A stretch of 30,258 nucleotides of DNA from a virus (IMGVR_UViG_3300044856_000228:1-30258), one strand, 5' to 3'; positions 7,410 to 15,385 are shown, counted from the stretch's first letter. Program-made: numbers and translations. Notes: generated from the sequence alone by a model not told the origin.

Positions 7410-8034
7410 GATTATATCCAGTTGTAGTACAGGAAATGCAGTAACAATTAAAGACATAATATTGATTGATTGTGGAGTTACATTTAAAAAATTAGAAAAA
7501 TATTATAAGAAATTAAAAATTGTGTTATTGACACATATTCACACAGACCACTTCAAAAAAGCAACTATTAGAAGACTAGCACAAGAAAGGCCAACTCTAA
7601 GGTTTGCTTGTTGCCAGTGGCTATTAGAACCATTGCTAGAATGTGGTGTTAATAGAAAGAATATAGATGTTTTAGAAATTGGAATTAAATATGATTATAA
7701 GCTATTTAAAGTAATACCAATAAAACTATATCATGATGTGCCACAATGTGGCTACAGAATATTATTTGATAATTACAAAGTTATATACGCAACAGATACT
7801 AAAACATTGGAAGGAATAACAGCTAAAAAATATGATCTATATTTGATTGAAGGTAATTATGAAAATGAAGAACTAGAAGAGAGAATAAAAGAAAAACAAC
7901 AAGCACAAAAGTATTGTTATGAATATAGAGTAAAAGATACCCATTTAAGCAAAGGACAAGCAGTAGATTTTTTATTACAAAATATGGGAGATAATTCAGA
8001 ATACGTATTTATGCATGAACATATAGAGAGGTAA
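7399..8034 (+). CDS. MBL-fold metallo-hydrolase (possibly YycJ-like)
   Basis: MNYKIISSCSTGNAVTIKDIILIDCG and THIHTDHFKKA (HxHxDH metal motif). Confidence 0.85.
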   Translation: MNYKIISSCSTGNAVTIKDIILIDCGVTFKKLEKYYKKLKIVLLTHIHTDHFKKATIRRLAQERPTLRFACCQWLLEPLLECGVNRKNIDVLEIGIKYDYKLFKVIPIKLYHDVPQCGYRILFDNYKVIYATDTKTLEGITAKKYDLYLIEGNYENEELEERIKEKQQAQKYCYEYRVKDTHLSKGQAVDFLLQNMGDNSEYVFMHEHIER

Positions 8035-8037
8035 AAG

Positions 8038-8502
8038 ATGGAATTTGAAAAATTATATATGTTTAATCCTTTTACAATTCAAAATGCAAATAGCCAACAA
8101 ATCGCTGATACATATAGTAAATTACAAAATGAGCTAGTAGAAAATGCAGATACAGGTTTTTTAATATCTAAAAATATAGAGATATATGCAAATATGAACT
8201 ATTTAATAGGAGAAATGATAGCAAGAATACAACAAGAATATGACACACTAAAAACAGATATTTCTATACAAGAAAATAAACAAGTATATATGCAAAGGAA
8301 ACAATGGCAAGAAACACAAAAAGAAAAGCCACCGGCAATGACTTATTTTGAAGCAATGGCAAAAGAATTTGTAAAAGAAGATAGTAAAAAATTAGCAGAA
8401 TTGGGGGCTAGATTATTTAGATTTAAAAAAGCCTATGAAAGCATAGACAGTAAACAAAATGCTTTAAAAAAGAAAATAGAAGCTATTAGATATGAAATAT
8501 AA
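8038..8502 (+). CDS. Hypothetical phage protein, helical
   Basis: 154 aa ORF four bases after the previous stop. Confidence 0.6.
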   Translation: MEFEKLYMFNPFTIQNANSQQIADTYSKLQNELVENADTGFLISKNIEIYANMNYLIGEMIARIQQEYDTLKTDISIQENKQVYMQRKQWQETQKEKPPAMTYFEAMAKEFVKEDSKKLAELGARLFRFKKAYESIDSKQNALKKKIEAIRYEI

Positions 8503-8507
8503 ATAAA

Positions 8508-8566
8508 TGTGGCACTAATTAGTGACGAAAAATAGGAGAAAAGGTACTCTTTTAATTAGTGCCACA
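8508..8566 (+). promoter_or_regulatory. Long perfect stem-loop in the leader of the HNH-like gene
   Basis: TGTGGCACTAATTA (8508-8521) / TAATTAGTGCCACA (8553-8566), 14 bp perfect; local palindrome CACTAATTAGTG at 8513-8524. Confidence 0.7.
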
Positions 8567-8589
8567 GGTCCCCCTTTTAAAGGAGAAAA

Positions 8590-8877
8590 ATGAGTAAAAG
8601 TATATTACAAGATAAAAAAGAATGTTACATAACAGGTAGTACTTGCAATCTACATAAGCATCACATTTTTGAAGGAACAGCAAATAGAAAATTAAGTGAA
8701 AGAGATGGATTATGGATATGGCTAAGAGCAGATTGGCACAACTTAAGTGATTATGGAGTGCATTTTAATAAAGAATTAGATTTAAAGCTAAAAAGAATAG
8801 CACAAAAGAAATGGCAAGAATATTACAACAAAACAAAAGAAGATTTTATAAAAGAATATGGAAAGAATTTTTTATAG
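8590..8877 (+). CDS. HNH/treble-clef-like phage protein
   Basis: ECYITGSTCNLHKHHIFEGTANRKLSERDGLWIWLRADWHNLSDYGVHFNKELDLKLKRIAQKKW; Cys/His pattern. Confidence 0.6.
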   Translation: MSKSILQDKKECYITGSTCNLHKHHIFEGTANRKLSERDGLWIWLRADWHNLSDYGVHFNKELDLKLKRIAQKKWQEYYNKTKEDFIKEYGKNFL

Positions 8878-8889
8878 GAGGAAAGAAGA

Positions 8890-9690
8890 ATGGAAAATAA
8901 AACAAAAGTGATTATGGGAATTGTAATAACAGTAATTATTATAGGAATAGTGGTATTAATAGCAAGTATAACAACAGTACCAACCGGATATGTTGGAGTA
9001 AAAACAAGATTTGGACAAGTACAAGATGATGTGATTCAAGAAGGATTCAATCTAAAAGCACCATTTATAGAAAGTATAGTAAAGATAGATTGCAGAACAC
9101 AAAAATATGAGATAGCAACAGAAGCAAGCTCAAAAGATTTACAAAAAATAAGTAATTTAAAAGTAGTAGTTAATTATAACGTAGATAAAAACAATGCCAA
9201 TAATTTATACAAAGAAGTTGGAAAAGATTATCAAACAGTATTGATAGAACCAGCAATATTAGAAAGTATTAAGCAAGGAATAAGTCAATACACAGCAGAA
9301 GAAACCATAACAAAAAGAAGTGAAGTAGCAGATGTGATTATCAACTTATTAAAAGAAAAATTAGAAAATAAAGGTGTAACAGTAACAGCTTTAAATATAA
9401 CAGATTTAAGTTTTTCGGAAGAATTTGATACAGCAGTAGAACAAAAACAAATAGTAGAACAAGAAACACAAAAAGCACAATATGAATTAGAGAAAGCAAA
9501 AGTAGAGAACGAGAAAAAGATAGAAAATGCTAAAGCAGATACTGAAGTGATGAGGCAACAAAATGAGCAAATTACAGATAATTACTTAAGATTAAAAGAA
9601 ATAGAGAATGAACAAAAAGCAATTGAAAAATGGAACGGACAGTTACCTACAACTACATCTAATGCAATACCATTTATAAATGTTAATTAA
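8890..9690 (+). CDS. Prohibitin/SPFH (band 7) family membrane protein
   Basis: N-terminal TM helix, TTVPTGYVGVKTRFGQVQDDVIQEGFNLKAPFIESIVKIDCRTQKYE, ISNLKVVVNYNVDKNN, FDTAVEQKQIVEQETQKAQYELEKAKVENEKK. Confidence 0.93.
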   Translation: MENKTKVIMGIVITVIIIGIVVLIASITTVPTGYVGVKTRFGQVQDDVIQEGFNLKAPFIESIVKIDCRTQKYEIATEASSKDLQKISNLKVVVNYNVDKNNANNLYKEVGKDYQTVLIEPAILESIKQGISQYTAEETITKRSEVADVIINLLKEKLENKGVTVTALNITDLSFSEEFDTAVEQKQIVEQETQKAQYELEKAKVENEKKIENAKADTEVMRQQNEQITDNYLRLKEIENEQKAIEKWNGQLPTTTSNAIPFINVN

Positions 9691-9698
9691 TTTACAAC

Positions 9699-9727
9699 AG
9701 GGCTAAGACAAAATAAGTTTTAGCCCT
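9699..9727 (+). other. Intergenic hairpin between SPFH and replication genes
   Basis: AGGGCTAAGAC (9699-9709) / GTTTTAGCCCT (9717-9727); 11 bp with one G-U. Confidence 0.6.
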
Positions 9728-9751
9728 TAAATATTACGAAAGGAGAAAACA

Positions 9752-10408
9752 ATGGCAAGAGATAGTTTCATATTTTACAGAAGTTTTTATGAAGCAATAA
9801 GTGAGTTGCCAAAAGAAAATCAAGCAGATACATATGATGCAATAATGCAATATGCATTAAATCAAAAAGAGATAGAACTAACAGGAATATCTAAAGCAAT
9901 ATTTTCTCTTGTCAAACCACAATTAGATGCTAACTATAAAAAATATGAAAATGGAAAGCAAAAGAAAAGCAAAAAAGAAGCAAAAGTGAAGCAAAATGAA
10001 AGCAAAGCAGAAACTAATGTAAATGATAATGAAAATGTAAATGTAAATGAAAATGTAAATGACAATGATAATGATAATGTAGGCGACAGTTGTGTTGACG
10101 GTCTACAAGAAGTTATTGATTTTTATAGCAATAATATAGGATTTTTGAATCCATATGGCCTAAAAATCCTAGAAAGTTATGTAGAAGATATGTCTAGTGA
10201 ATTAGTTATTTATGCAATGCAGATAGCTGTAGAAAATAACAAAAAGACAATTAGCTATATTAAAGCAATATTAAATAACTGGACTAAAGCCAACATAAAG
10301 ACATTAGAAGAAGCAAAAAGAGAAAATAAAAAGAAAGTAAATACTGATAAACAAATAGAGCAACGTAATTATACAGAAGATGAGTTTGAAAGTTTATATG
10401 CTAATTAA
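9752..10408 (+). CDS. DUF6291/DnaD-like phage replication initiation protein
   Basis: N-term DSFIFYRSFYEAISELPKENQADTYDAIMQYALNQKEIEL; low-complexity linker; C-term YGLKILESYVEDMSSELVIYAMQIAVENNKKTISYIKAILNNWTKANIKTLEEA (DnaD-like). Confidence 0.85.
   Translation: MARDSFIFYRSFYEAISELPKENQADTYDAIMQYALNQKEIELTGISKAIFSLVKPQLDANYKKYENGKQKKSKKEAKVKQNESKAETNVNDNENVNVNENVNDNDNDNVGDSCVDGLQEVIDFYSNNIGFLNPYGLKILESYVEDMSSELVIYAMQIAVENNKKTISYIKAILNNWTKANIKTLEEAKRENKKKVNTDKQIEQRNYTEDEFESLYAN
10018..10083 (+). repeat. In-frame degenerate hexamer repeat encoding an (Asn-Val/Asp)n linker
   Basis: GTAAATGATAATGAAAATGTAAATGTAAATGAAAATGTAAATGACAATGATAATGATAATGTA. Confidence 0.85.
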
Positions 10409-10421
10409 GGAGTGATAACGA

Positions 10422-10748
10422 ATGAAAATAAGTAATATAACAAGGCAATTAAGCTTTGAAGATATAAAGCCTAAAAAGAAGATAAGGTATATGCAAATAC
10501 TAGAAAGATTAAGTACAGGAAATAAGACAGCAAAAGAGGTAGCAGTAGAATTATTTGATTTAGGATTTATTCCTAGCACAGAAAGAAATTATACAGCGCC
10601 ACGTTTAACAGAATTAGAAAAAATGGGATATGTGGAAGAAACAGCAAAGAAAACTTGCGAATACACAGGTAAAGCAGTAACTGTTTATAAGATAACTCAG
10701 AAAGGTTATGAAGCATTTAATTATAATCACATTCCAAGAATAGATTAG
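10422..10748 (+). CDS. Winged-helix-like phage protein
   Basis: KKIRYMQILERLSTGNKTAKEVAVELFDLGFIPSTERNYTAPRLTELEKMGYVEETAK resembles a winged helix. Confidence 0.55.
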   Translation: MKISNITRQLSFEDIKPKKKIRYMQILERLSTGNKTAKEVAVELFDLGFIPSTERNYTAPRLTELEKMGYVEETAKKTCEYTGKAVTVYKITQKGYEAFNYNHIPRID

Positions 10749-10756
10749 GAGGATAT

Positions 10757-11173
10757 ATGTTAATAAAAACTAATATAAAAGAAATTATAGAACATGTAGT
10801 TAAAAACGATATAAAGATAACAGATAATTCATGCAGTGGAAAGTGTAGTAAATGTGGAGAATGTTGTACAAACCTTCTTCCAGTCACACAAGCAGAAATA
10901 GATATGATACAAAGATTTGTAATAAAAAATAAGATTAGACCACAAAAGCATGTATTGATAATGCAAAATAGATTGACTTGTCCATATTATGATGGAAAAA
11001 AATGCTTAATTTATGAGGTTAGACCACTTATTTGTAGAGAATTTTATTGCTATAAAAAACCTTCTGAAGAATTAGGTGAAAAAATTATGAAAGAAAAATT
11101 TATAACAGTAGATATGTGGCAAATAGCAAAAGAGATAGATAAATATTTTAAAGGAAAAGGAAAATTAAAATGA
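10757..11173 (+). CDS. YkgJ-family cysteine cluster protein
   Basis: CSGKCSKCGECCTNLLPVTQAEIDMI...CPYYDGKKCLIYEVRPLICREFYC. Confidence 0.85.
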   Translation: MLIKTNIKEIIEHVVKNDIKITDNSCSGKCSKCGECCTNLLPVTQAEIDMIQRFVIKNKIRPQKHVLIMQNRLTCPYYDGKKCLIYEVRPLICREFYCYKKPSEELGEKIMKEKFITVDMWQIAKEIDKYFKGKGKLK

Positions 11174-11334
11174 AAAAAATAGATAAAAGGTATCTTTGTT
11201 ATTACTGTCTAGGTTGTAACAGACTAGAAGATGAAAAATTTATTGGAGTAATGAATTGCAAATACTTTGTAGCAGGATATGAAAATTGGTCTGAAATGAG
11301 AAGAGAGGAGCTAAAGAAAAGTGGCAACATATAA
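11170..11334 (+). CDS. Small Cys-rich protein (not in the ORF track)
   Basis: MKKIDKRYLCYYCLGCNRLEDEKFIGVMNCKYFVAGYENWSEMRREELKKSGNI*, overlaps flanking genes by ATGA-type coupling. Confidence 0.55.
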   Translation: MKKIDKRYLCYYCLGCNRLEDEKFIGVMNCKYFVAGYENWSEMRREELKKSGNI

Positions 11335-11689
11335 ATTTGAAATAGATAAAAGATTAATGGGACTAAACGAATATACAAAAGCAAATAGAACAAATAAATA
11401 TGTAGGAAGTCAAGCTAAAAAAGATGAACAAAAATATATTGAATGGTGCATTATAGAACAATTAGGAAATTTACATATAGATAGACCAGTAAAAGGAAAG
11501 TTTACTTGGATAGAAGAGAATAAAAGACGAGATTTAGATAATATATGTTTTGCTAAAAAGTTTATATTAGATGCATTAGTAGAGATGAAAGTCTTGAAAG
11601 ATGATAATAGAAAGATAGTTATAAGTTTTGTAGATGAGTTCAAGTATTCTAATAAAAGTAAAGTGATTGTTCAATTGGAGGAGATATAG
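11321..11689 (+). CDS. RusA-family Holliday junction resolvase-like protein
   Basis: LMGLNEYTKANRTNKY...GKFTWIEENKRRDLDNICFAKKFILDALVEMKVLKDDNRK. Confidence 0.85.
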   Translation: MATYKFEIDKRLMGLNEYTKANRTNKYVGSQAKKDEQKYIEWCIIEQLGNLHIDRPVKGKFTWIEENKRRDLDNICFAKKFILDALVEMKVLKDDNRKIVISFVDEFKYSNKSKVIVQLEEI

Positions 11690-11690
11690 A

Positions 11691-11933
11691 ATGGGTGAAG
11701 CAGATAAGATGTTTGAAGAATTAGGATATAGAGTAATGTTTGATAACACTTGTATGTTTAGATATGTAAAGTGTTTTGAACTAAAACCTAAAAGACATAT
11801 TGTATTTGCAGTAGATAAAACTATAAGTGTTTGTGAAGAAAACGAAAATGAATTAGCAATTAATAGAGATTATTTTACAATGCAAGAACTAAAAGCAATA
11901 AATAAAAAATGTGAAGAATTGGGGTGGATATGA
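11691..11933 (+). CDS. Hypothetical phage protein
   Basis: Track ORF 11667-11933; likely start at ATG 11691 after GGAGATATAGA. Confidence 0.5.
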   Translation: MGEADKMFEELGYRVMFDNTCMFRYVKCFELKPKRHIVFAVDKTISVCEENENELAINRDYFTMQELKAINKKCEELGWI

Positions 11934-12055
11934 TGGGATATTGTGGATATTTTGATATAGACACTGAATACTATGAAGAATTAGAAAAGCTACAAGAAGA
12001 ATACGGAGAATACTGCTTACAAGATTGTGAAAATTGTGAATACTATAAAGAATAG
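11930..12055 (+). CDS. Small acidic Cys-containing protein (not in the ORF track)
   Basis: MMGYCGYFDIDTEYYEELEKLQEEYGEYCLQDCENCEYYKE*. Confidence 0.4.
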   Translation: MMGYCGYFDIDTEYYEELEKLQEEYGEYCLQDCENCEYYKE

Positions 12056-12066
12056 AGGTGTTATAA

Positions 12067-12456
12067 ATGAGTAATAAAACAAGCGACAAAAATGTCGCAG
12101 AGGATAGAGTAATTGCACACAAATTTGCAGTAATGCAACAACAGTTAGAGCAAAAAGAAAAGCGAATACAAGAACTAGAAGAAGAAAATACAATATTAAA
12201 GAAAGCAAGTAATATAGCGAAAGAAGTAAATATAGAAGATATAACAGATGTAATAAATGAGTCTTGCAAAGAGTTTATGAGTAATTACATACCAAAGCAA
12301 GCGGTAATAGATAAAATAAAAGAATTAGATATTGCAATTTTAGAATGTGAATATGATGATGATGATGTTGAAGAATATAAAAATGATGTAGAAAAAGAAA
12401 AAAGGATATTATTAATAAAAAAAAGTGCTTTAGAAGAATTATTGGAGGATAAATAA
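12067..12456 (+). CDS. Hypothetical coiled-coil phage protein
   Basis: FAVMQQQLEQKEKRIQELEEENTILKKASNIAKE; GAGGTG RBS. Confidence 0.6.
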   Translation: MSNKTSDKNVAEDRVIAHKFAVMQQQLEQKEKRIQELEEENTILKKASNIAKEVNIEDITDVINESCKEFMSNYIPKQAVIDKIKELDIAILECEYDDDDVEEYKNDVEKEKRILLIKKSALEELLEDK

Positions 12457-12491
12457 TATTGTAATTTACTAGATTACAGAAAGGATAAAAA

Positions 12492-12746
12492 ATGAATATA
12501 GGAAAAGGAAGATGGAACTCAAAATATATTTGTGATAAATGTGGCAATGAAATACCATTTATAGGACAAAAAGGATTTATAGGAATAATGCATTATTGCA
12601 GTAAAGGACAAAGAGATGGCAATTACAAACATGACTTTGACTTATGTAAGAGTTGCGAAAAAGAGTTTAGAAAATGGTTAAAAGAAAAACCGATTATAAG
12701 TTCAGAAAATATAATTGATAGATTTCCTGTATGGGAAGAAAGCTAG
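12492..12746 (+). CDS. Zinc-ribbon-like phage protein
   Basis: YICDKCGNEI...HYCSKGQ...DLCKSCEKEF. Confidence 0.6.
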   Translation: MNIGKGRWNSKYICDKCGNEIPFIGQKGFIGIMHYCSKGQRDGNYKHDFDLCKSCEKEFRKWLKEKPIISSENIIDRFPVWEES

Positions 12747-12754
12747 GTGATCAA

Positions 12755-13030
12755 ATGTCTAATGTTTATGATATGCTAGGACATAAGAAGGTATTATTTG
12801 ATGAAGAAGTAAAAGATATTACATATAAAGAAATAATGACAATAATAGTACAAAGAGCTACAGAAGAAGGATGCAAAGAAATTTTTTCAGAAGGAAGAGT
12901 TACATTATGTCCTTCAAAAGTTTTTGGACCAGAGCAAATAAACGTTAATAAAGAAGAAAAAGATTGCGAAGAAGGAATTGGTTGCACAAAGTGTTGGACA
13001 AAAGCTGTAAAAAAATTAAGAGGTGATTAA
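12755..13030 (+). CDS. Hypothetical phage protein
   Basis: Track ORF 12731-13030; likely start MSNVYDMLGHKKVLFDEEVKDITYKEI at ATG 12755; Cys near C-terminus. Confidence 0.5.
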   Translation: MSNVYDMLGHKKVLFDEEVKDITYKEIMTIIVQRATEEGCKEIFSEGRVTLCPSKVFGPEQINVNKEEKDCEEGIGCTKCWTKAVKKLRGD

Positions 13031-13600
13031 ATGTTAAGAATAGCAGAAAATTGGAAAGATATTCCTAATTTTGAAGGATTATATATTTGCTCTAATTTAG
13101 GTAGGATTATTAGAGTTGAAAGATATGTAAAAAATCGAAATGGACTTAGAAAATTAAAAGAAAAAGAAATGAAATCAAAGATAGATAAAGATGGATATGA
13201 GATAGTATGTTTGCATAAAAATAAAAAGCAATACACTTTTGGAGTACATCGTTTAGTTGCAATAACTTTTATATCAAAAGATGATTTAACTAAAACACAA
13301 GTAAATCATAGGAATGGAATTAAAACAGACAATAGAGTAGAAAACCTAGAATGGGTTACTCCAAAAGAAAATATAGTTCACGCAATATCTACAGGTTTAA
13401 GAAAGCAATTTAAAACAAGTAATCATAATGGCGAAAATAATCCAAATAGTAAATTAAGTAAGAATGAAGTATTGGATATTATAAATAATAAATCAAATGG
13501 ATTGAATATAAAAAATGTTTATGAAAAATATAAAACTAAAATATCATATAGCGGATTAGAGCAAATATGGTATGGATATAGATGGAAAGAAGTTTTGTAG
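13031..13600 (+). CDS. Free-standing HNH homing-type endonuclease with NUMOD4
   Basis: ENWKDIPNFEGLYICSNLGRIIRVER (NUMOD4) and VHRLVAITFI...QVNHRNGIKTDNRVENLEWVTPKENIVHA (HNH). Confidence 0.93.
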   Translation: MLRIAENWKDIPNFEGLYICSNLGRIIRVERYVKNRNGLRKLKEKEMKSKIDKDGYEIVCLHKNKKQYTFGVHRLVAITFISKDDLTKTQVNHRNGIKTDNRVENLEWVTPKENIVHAISTGLRKQFKTSNHNGENNPNSKLSKNEVLDIINNKSNGLNIKNVYEKYKTKISYSGLEQIWYGYRWKEVL

Positions 13601-13623
13601 AAAAAGTGGAGGAGGAGTAAATT

Positions 13624-13914
13624 ATGGAAAAATATAATTTAAAAAATAAAGATGATATAAAAATGTCAAATGTTTTGTTTGCTACAACAAGCGAAAGAGA
13701 TTATGAGATGAATAGATTATTACTTTTAGAAAATATGCCAAATACAAAATATGGTGAATATGTATTAGCAGAAGGAGGACATTGTAGTTGTTATGATTTT
13801 GATGAAACAGAGTGGAATTGTATAAAAGTTACAGAAGAAGAATTAAATGAATTGTTAGAAAAAGCTTGTTATGGATTAAGAGTAAGATTAAAAGAGTTCT
13901 TTAAAAATTATTAG
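13624..13914 (+). CDS. Hypothetical phage protein
   Basis: 96 aa after GGAGGAGTAAATT RBS. Confidence 0.6.
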   Translation: MEKYNLKNKDDIKMSNVLFATTSERDYEMNRLLLLENMPNTKYGEYVLAEGGHCSCYDFDETEWNCIKVTEEELNELLEKACYGLRVRLKEFFKNY

Positions 13915-13929
13915 AGAGGAGGACAAGCA

Positions 13930-14226
13930 ATGACAGAAGAAGGAATGAAAAGACTACAAGAGAAAAGAATTGAAGTATTAAAAGCAATAAAACCTATTTG
14001 TGAGGCTTTTAAAATTAAAGATTATGATTATGTAATACAAGAAACAGGGCAAATTGAAACATTAGTATTAAATGGGCAAAAAATAGGATGTTCTTGTAAC
14101 AGTATAGATGAAGTAATAAATGAAGTAATTGGATATATTTTTGTAAAAATATACTGCAGGAACGGCTATATAGGAGTATTTAGAACACAGACATTAAATG
14201 CAATCAAACAATACTGGTTAAATTAA
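13930..14226 (+). CDS. Hypothetical phage protein
   Basis: 98 aa after GAGAGGAGG RBS. Confidence 0.6.
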   Translation: MTEEGMKRLQEKRIEVLKAIKPICEAFKIKDYDYVIQETGQIETLVLNGQKIGCSCNSIDEVINEVIGYIFVKIYCRNGYIGVFRTQTLNAIKQYWLN

Positions 14227-14239
14227 AGGAGAGAAGAGG

Positions 14240-14419
14240 AATGACAGAAGAAGATATTAAATATTGCAAATGGTTGAATATATTAGTATTTATAAAAAAT
14301 AGTATTGCATTAATTTGCTTTACAACATTAGCAATAATTTTTAATCATTGGTGGATAGTATTTTTCGCAATATTATTTATTTCTAACGTTAAATTTAAGA
14401 AGGAGAATAAAGATGAGTG
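14240..14419 (+). CDS. Small membrane protein (not in the ORF track)
   Basis: MTEEDIKYCKWLNILVFIKNSIALICFTTLAIIFNHWWIVFFAILFISNVKFKKENKDE*. Confidence 0.5.
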
Positions 14420-14561
14420 AAGATAAAAAAATAGAACAGCTTATAGCACATAATGTAAAGTCACTAACTATAAGCAAAGAAAAGTATGAAAAATTAAGAA
14501 CAGAAACAAAGAATCTGATTAAATTAAACGATATTAAAGTGAATTTTGAGGAGGAAAAATA
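14412..14561 (+). CDS. Small hypothetical protein (not in the ORF track)
   Basis: MSEDKKIEQLIAHNVKSLTISKEKYEKLRTETKNLIKLNDIKVNFEEEK* after GAAGGAG RBS. Confidence 0.5.
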
Positions 14562-14752
14562 ATTTGGAAGATAAAGAAGTTGATGATTTTTTGAAGTTTG
14601 TAAATATAGCAAATGATGTTTGTAAAGAAAAAGGTAAATCATATGAATTTATTTGTCCAGAATGTAATGGAAAAGCGATAGCAATTAGAGATGAATTTAA
14701 TGGACATTTATATGCTAAATGTGAAGGCTGTGATATGTCAGTAATACAATAA
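14546..14752 (+). CDS. Small zinc-ribbon-like protein
   Basis: YEFICPECNGKAIAIRDEFNGHLYAKCEGCDM (two Cys pairs). Confidence 0.55.
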   Translation: MRRKNNLEDKEVDDFLKFVNIANDVCKEKGKSYEFICPECNGKAIAIRDEFNGHLYAKCEGCDMSVIQ

Positions 14753-14767
14753 GAAGAAGGTGAGTAG

Positions 14768-14929
14768 ATGAAAAGAATACTAAAAGCATTATTAAAAACG
14801 ATTTTAGCAATAGTTTTTATAACATTAGAAATATTATTATGTATTTTCTTACCAAAGATTGCAACGGGAATAATTATAGGATTAGGAATTTTAACAATAT
14901 TTTGTGTATTTTATGAAAGGAGCAAATAG
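14768..14929 (+). CDS. Small hydrophobic membrane protein (not in the ORF track)
   Basis: MKRILKALLKTILAIVFITLEILLCIFLPKIATGIIIGLGILTIFCVFYERSK*. Confidence 0.45.
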   Translation: MKRILKALLKTILAIVFITLEILLCIFLPKIATGIIIGLGILTIFCVFYERSK

Positions 14930-15244
14930 GTGACTAAAGAGGAAGCAATAGAAAGAATTAAATATTTATTATTTATATACAAAAAAGATGATGAAAAAGG
15001 TTATAGAGCAACAGGAGAGGTTTTTAATACAGATTTTGAAGCAATAGAAACAGTCTTAAATATGCTAAAAGAAAAAGATACAGAGATAGAGAAGAAAGAC
15101 AAGATGATAGATTTAATGGCATACAGTTTAGCTGATTATGTAATGTATTATGAATATGATAAATGCAGAAGTCCATTAATGATAAAAGATAAATCTGAAG
15201 AGTTAAAAGAATATTATGAAAGAAAAGCGACAAATGACGGTTAA
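14930..15244 (+). CDS. Hypothetical phage protein
   Basis: 104 aa directly after the preceding stop. Confidence 0.5.
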   Translation: MTKEEAIERIKYLLFIYKKDDEKGYRATGEVFNTDFEAIETVLNMLKEKDTEIEKKDKMIDLMAYSLADYVMYYEYDKCRSPLMIKDKSEELKEYYERKATNDG

Positions 15245-15265
15245 GACCGATAAATATCAGTTAAG

Positions 15266-15297
15266 ATAAAAACAAAACACCTACATATAAGTAGGTG
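15266..15297 (-). terminator. Intrinsic terminator for the reverse-strand tRNA
   Basis: Minus strand: CACCTAC-TTATAT-GTAGGTG (plus coordinates 15278-15297) followed by TTTTGTTTTTATC. Confidence 0.8.
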
Positions 15298-15302
15298 CTA
15301 TG

Positions 15303-15385
15303 TAGAGATGATGGGATTCGAACCCACACGGAATAAATCCATCTATTTGGTAAATAGACATGTCTGCCAATTCCATCACATCTCC
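15303..15385 (-). tRNA. Class-II tRNA, Leu-like body, anticodon ACC
   Basis: GGAGATGTGATGGAATTGGCAGACATGTCTATTTACCAAATAGATGGATTTATTCCGTGTGGGTTCGAATCCCATCATCTCTA. Acceptor GGAGAUG/CAUCUCU, Leu-like D-arm GGAAUUGGCAGAC, anticodon arm UCUAU-UUACCAA-AUAGA, variable arm GGA-UUUAU-UCC, T-arm GUGGG-UUCGAAU-CCCAU, A73. Confidence 0.85.

Noticed and set aside
10018-10083. Hexamer repeats as a CRISPR or regulatory repeat array
   Set aside because: No spacers; the repeats are in frame and explain a protein linker common in phage initiators. Kept only as a coding repeat and a possible origin.
10394-14642. Multiple minus-strand ORFs in the early operon (10394-10579, 11202-11393, 11410-11643, 11889-12269, 12275-12547, 12766-12987, 13027-13236, 14373-14642)
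   Set aside because: All lie antisense to plus-strand genes with good RBS and colinearity; compositions are Phe/Leu/Ser-rich shadows.
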